From positions 1-64,000 of the IMG/VR virus record IMGVR_UViG_3300028763_000006: 64,000 nucleotides of DNA; one strand, written 5' to 3'. The notes beneath the pieces are model-generated. The model saw only the letters and a list, made by a program, of their open reading frames with translations. It searched no databases and was not told where the DNA came from. Shown in pieces: positions 60,652 through 64,000 of the stretch. Position 1 is the stretch's first letter; every line of letters begins with the position of its first letter. The DNA is from an uncultured virus (IMG/VR IMGVR_UViG_3300028763_000006). Lineage: Duplodnaviria > Heunggongvirae > Uroviricota > Caudoviricetes. The position numbers and the translations under genes were made by a program.

Positions 60652-60989
60652 AACATTTGAAATTATATGAATCTAATCTCATACCTAAATATAAAGTAGG
60701 TGATTATGTTCATTTAGGTATGGAGCCAGATTTTACTTATGATGATTGCTTAGGACAAATACTTAAAATAGATAAAAACGGATTCATAAAAGAACCTGAA
60801 GAAACAGATTCAGATAAAAATCATGATTATTATATTAATACATTAAATCCTTACCCATATAAAGTTAAAATATTAGATGGTAAATTCGATGCAGAAGAAG
60901 GTTTAATAGATAGATATCTGAATAAAGATGAAATAGAATATTTTGAGTATTTATTAAAGAATAATGATACTAAAAAATTTAATATATGA
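60648..60989 (+). CDS. KFNL-tag family small protein
   Basis: MKHLKLYE...YKVGDYV...DTKKFNI*. Confidence 0.75.
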   Translation: MKHLKLYESNLIPKYKVGDYVHLGMEPDFTYDDCLGQILKIDKNGFIKEPEETDSDKNHDYYINTLNPYPYKVKILDGKFDAEEGLIDRYLNKDEIEYFEYLLKNNDTKKFNI

Positions 60990-61246
60990 GTAAATTAATT
61001 AATGATATACATAAAATGTTGGGGTATATTAAAATCATACAACAATATAATTTTTTTTCACAATTAGGAAACGAAGAAGAAATTGATTATTTAAGAGATA
61101 AAGTAGATAACCTTTATTATATCGATGATACAGATAAACTCATAAAAGATTTTGAATGGTGTGCTGATATGGTTAATCAGCTTTACAATGAAGTTGATCC
61201 TGAATTCAAAAAGAAATTATTAAAAGAAGAACAAGAGCAAGATTAA
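60986..61246 (+). CDS. Hypothetical protein
   Basis: 86-aa ORF. Confidence 0.55.
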   Translation: MSKLINDIHKMLGYIKIIQQYNFFSQLGNEEEIDYLRDKVDNLYYIDDTDKLIKDFEWCADMVNQLYNEVDPEFKKKLLKEEQEQD

Positions 61247-61247
61247 C

Positions 61248-61278
61248 AAAAAAACTCAGATTAAATCTGAGTTTTTTT
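61248..61278. terminator. Bidirectional terminator
   Basis: AAAAAAACTCAGA-TTAAA-TCTGAGTTTTTTT. Confidence 0.8.
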
Positions 61279-61751
61279 TATCTACCATATCTATCACCAG
61301 GATATTTCTTATCAATTTCTTTCCACATTTCAAATGAACGTTTAAATAACTCAAATTTATTTTCAATGAAATCAGTTACCCCGTCATCTGTTGTACTATC
61401 TATATTAAAATGTTCAATAACATTTGATGGTAAATTCTCAAGATTGTTTTTTATTCCTAAAAAATAATATTTACTTTTTTCAGTTAAATAATAATTTATA
61501 GATTCAATTAATTTTTTAATATAATCTGATTCACCATAATCCGATAATGTATCACCCATTAGACTTATTTTTCTTTCATCATTTTTCTCTCTTTCCACTG
61601 TATATGCATCACTTGTTATTCCTTTTTGACTAGGATTTTTATCAAAGTCTTCATCTGAAATTGGTTTTTTATGTTCGCCATCAATTTTTCCACCATATGG
61701 AAATTTTATATATTCTTTTATATATTCTCCATAGTCTACTATTTTTTTCAT
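61278..61751 (-). CDS. Protein with N-terminal tag-like start
   Basis: MKKIVDYGEYIKE... Confidence 0.6.
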   Translation of the reverse strand: MKKIVDYGEYIKEYIKFPYGGKIDGEHKKPISDEDFDKNPSQKGITSDAYTVEREKNDERKISLMGDTLSDYGESDYIKKLIESINYYLTEKSKYYFLGIKNNLENLPSNVIEHFNIDSTTDDGVTDFIENKFELFKRSFEMWKEIDKKYPGDRYGR

Positions 61752-61769
61752 GCCTTTTATATTTTTTTT

Positions 61770-62114
61770 TTATATATTAAATTTATTAGTTGATATTAAT
61801 AAATCCAAATCATCTCTTGTTATTATTGACCAATTATCCTTATTATTCCAATCATAATCTGGATATTTGTCTAATATATAATCTAATCTACGCTCTGCTT
61901 GTTTTGTTGTAAAAAAACAAGCTGTGTTATTAATATTATAAATTGTATTTGAATTAAATTTATTAATATCAATAGAAGATATTACATCACTAGATTCATA
62001 TGGAAGATTCATCAATATCAATTTATCACCTTTAGTTGGTCTATTCAAAATTAATAAATATTTTTGTTTATTTTCTTCTTTCTTTTTAAATATGTTAAAT
62101 TTTTCTACTATCAT
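61770..62114 (-). CDS. KFNL-tag family protein (paralogue of 62117..62455)
   Basis: MIVEKFNIFK...STNKFNI*. Confidence 0.75.
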   Translation of the reverse strand: MIVEKFNIFKKKEENKQKYLLILNRPTKGDKLILMNLPYESSDVISSIDINKFNSNTIYNINNTACFFTTKQAERRLDYILDKYPDYDWNNKDNWSIITRDDLDLLISTNKFNI

Positions 62115-62116
62115 AA

Positions 62117-62455
62117 TTATAAATTAAATTTATTTGTAGTGAATAAAAAATTCAACTCGTCAAAAGTTTTTATCATCCAATTATTTCTATTAGTCCATTG
62201 AGAATCACTATATTTATGTAGTATATTATCTAATCTATCATTGGCTAATTCAATTGTAGGAAAACTTTCAATATTATTATTTTTCCCTTTTAGAATATTT
62301 ATATTACTTGAATTTATTTCATCAGTAGTAATAAAATCCTCAATTCCGTGAGTAAGTTTATATAATATAGAATAATCTCCTTCATTTGGTCTGTGTAAAA
62401 TCAAGAAATATTTTTCTTCTTTGTTTTTAAATATATTAAATCTTTCTATTATCAC
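62117..62455 (-). CDS. KFNL-tag family protein
   Basis: MIIERFNIFK...TTNKFNL*. Confidence 0.75.
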   Translation of the reverse strand: MIIERFNIFKNKEEKYFLILHRPNEGDYSILYKLTHGIEDFITTDEINSSNINILKGKNNNIESFPTIELANDRLDNILHKYSDSQWTNRNNWMIKTFDELNFLFTTNKFNL

Positions 62456-62470
62456 ATTCTAATATTATTT

Positions 62471-62902
62471 TTATAAATTAAATTTCATAGTAGATTTTAT
62501 CCATGTTGGAGTATAATTTACCGCATTTAGAAATAAATAGAATGAAAAAATGAAATATGAACTCTTCCAATCCATTGATGTTTTATTCGTATATTCTTCT
62601 ATTTCATAATATAATTTAGGAGTATTTTCTATTTTTGTTATTATAGAATTTAATGTATATTTTTTTATTTCTCTTTGAGTTTTTTTATCTTTCTTTTTAT
62701 CCTCTGTTTTCCAGACATCAGGATGTTTATACATAAATATTAGCATAGAAAATTCATCATAACAAGAAATTGGTATATTTCTATATGTGTAATTATCAGT
62801 TATTTTTTCACCATATTTATTCTTATATATTTTTTCATAATTATTTATAAAAATTTCAGTATCAGAGCTAATTTTTATGACTATATTATTTTTTTCTATC
62901 AT
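62471..62902 (-). CDS. KFNL-tag family protein (no clear N-tag)
   Basis: Ends STMKFNL*. Confidence 0.7.
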   Translation of the reverse strand: MIEKNNIVIKISSDTEIFINNYEKIYKNKYGEKITDNYTYRNIPISCYDEFSMLIFMYKHPDVWKTEDKKKDKKTQREIKKYTLNSIITKIENTPKLYYEIEEYTNKTSMDWKSSYFIFSFYLFLNAVNYTPTWIKSTMKFNL

Positions 62903-62993
62903 ATTAAATTTGTTTATAAGTACAATTTACAAAATTATAAAAAATACTCACAAAATATTAATAAATTGCATATTATTATATTTTTTTATATTA

Positions 62994-63431
62994 TTACAAG
63001 TTAAATTTGTTCGCATTTCTTATTAAATTCAATTCTTCAATAATAATTTTTTGTTTTTCTGTTATATTTCCATAAATAGTAAATGGTGAATTGACATTAA
63101 TTCTATATTCAATATTAGGATAATTTTTTAATATTAATGATAATATCACAAATTCTTTTTCTTTGTGTTGTAGTGTTCCTTTATATCCAACAGTACATTC
63201 ATGAACTTTATCAATAATACCTGTACATCCTTCTACAATTGGTATGAATTCAAATAAACTATTATCATAACCATAATTAAAATTAAATTTAACTACTTTA
63301 CCAGGAGCTAACAAATCTGTAATAAATTTTTTTATTTTATTCTGGTTTCCATTATAATAAATCATCAAATCATTTAAAATTAATGTTGTTTCATTTTCTA
63401 CATTCTCAAATACTTTAAAATTTGTTATCAT
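62994..63431 (-). CDS. KFNL-tag family protein
   Basis: MITNFKVFE...NANKFNL*. Confidence 0.75.
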   Translation of the reverse strand: MITNFKVFENVENETTLILNDLMIYYNGNQNKIKKFITDLLAPGKVVKFNFNYGYDNSLFEFIPIVEGCTGIIDKVHECTVGYKGTLQHKEKEFVILSLILKNYPNIEYRINVNSPFTIYGNITEKQKIIIEELNLIRNANKFNL

Positions 63432-63850
63432 ATATTAAATTTTTTTGCTTCTCTTTTTATATTTATATCATTAACAATTTTTTTAATTTCATCAGGAACA
63501 TAGCCATAAATAGTAGTTGGAGAATTTGTGTCTACATCATGATCATATTTTATTCTTTTTAATATTATTGTTAAATATATATAATGAAATTCATTACTAA
63601 ATCCATATGATCTACCTCGTATTACACCTTTGTGATGTTTATTTGAATGCATAAAATTGGTTACTCCATTAATCATCATGGTACATTTTTTACAATCAAA
63701 TTCAACTATATTGTTATCATTATAATCAAGTAATTTAAATATGAAATTTCTTATTGAGTCATCATCACCATCGAAATAATCTATTACGTCATTTAAAATT
63801 ATTGTAATCTTATCTTCTGAGTTCTCAAATATTTTGAATTCTGTTATCAT
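63428..63850 (-). CDS. KFNL-tag family protein (start reassigned; paralogue of 62994..63431)
   Basis: MITEFKIFE...EAKKFNI*. Confidence 0.75.
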   Translation of the reverse strand: MITEFKIFENSEDKITIILNDVIDYFDGDDDSIRNFIFKLLDYNDNNIVEFDCKKCTMMINGVTNFMHSNKHHKGVIRGRSYGFSNEFHYIYLTIILKRIKYDHDVDTNSPTTIYGYVPDEIKKIVNDINIKREAKKFNI

Positions 63851-63962
63851 GTAGGTATATATATAATTATTTTTCAAAAAATATAAACAATTTAAATATT
63901 TTTCTATAATATAAAAAGTATAATTTTTTCAAATAATTATACAATATTTCAAATTAAATTGT

Positions 63963-63970
63963 TATCTTTG
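63963..63970 (+). promoter_or_regulatory. Bacteroidota-type -7 element TATCTTTG
   Basis: Intergenic at the window end; its gene would lie beyond the window. Confidence 0.4.
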
Positions 63971-64000
63971 TAAAAACCACATAAGATAAAAAATAATATT

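Noticed and set aside
25915..63850. KFNL/I motif as a purely DNA-level element (AAATTTAATATATAA overlaps the TATATA promoter-like motif)
   Set aside because: It is always in frame with the stop, varies at synonymous positions, and occurs before terminators. It may double as a promoter in a few cases (e.g. 38851-38863) but that does not explain the set.
1..64000. Alternative genetic code (stop-codon reassignment as in some large phages)
   Set aside because: Long conserved genes translate intact in the standard code with high coding density, and TAA, TGA and TAG all terminate genes. Only one internal TAA was seen.

Overview
This window is a very AT-rich, densely coding fragment of a large tailed-phage (jumbo/megaphage, T4-like) genome. 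The host is probably Bacteroidota: there are TTTG-N19/20-TAnnTTTG promoters, no obvious Shine-Dalgarno sites, and Bacteroidota-like NrdJ and GH19 proteins. It carries replication/recombination genes (UvsX/RecA, gp41/DnaB-like helicase, class II RNR, RuvC-like resolvase, a degenerate gp47/Mre11), a baseplate block (gp53-like, gp5-like OB+M23+SleB), tail-fibre/structural genes, a GH19 endolysin, a MoxR AAA-vWA pair, DnaJ and several auxiliary enzymes. The most striking feature is a peptide-tag pattern on small proteins. 22 otherwise divergent ORFs end in exactly K-[FY]-N-[LI]-stop. Most also begin with M-K-[YH]-[LI]-K-x-[FY]-E or M-I-x-x-F-K-x-F-E, which resembles the T4 internal-protein capsid-targeting sequence. 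A second, non-overlapping set of about 10 small ORFs ends in R-K-x-K-[LI]-x-x-[IL]. Candidate tagged cargo includes ADP-ribosyltransferase-like, Nudix and catalytically degenerate DeoC proteins. No tRNA, rRNA, CRISPR array or reverse transcriptase was seen. All family calls come from motif recognition by eye; no database searches were run.
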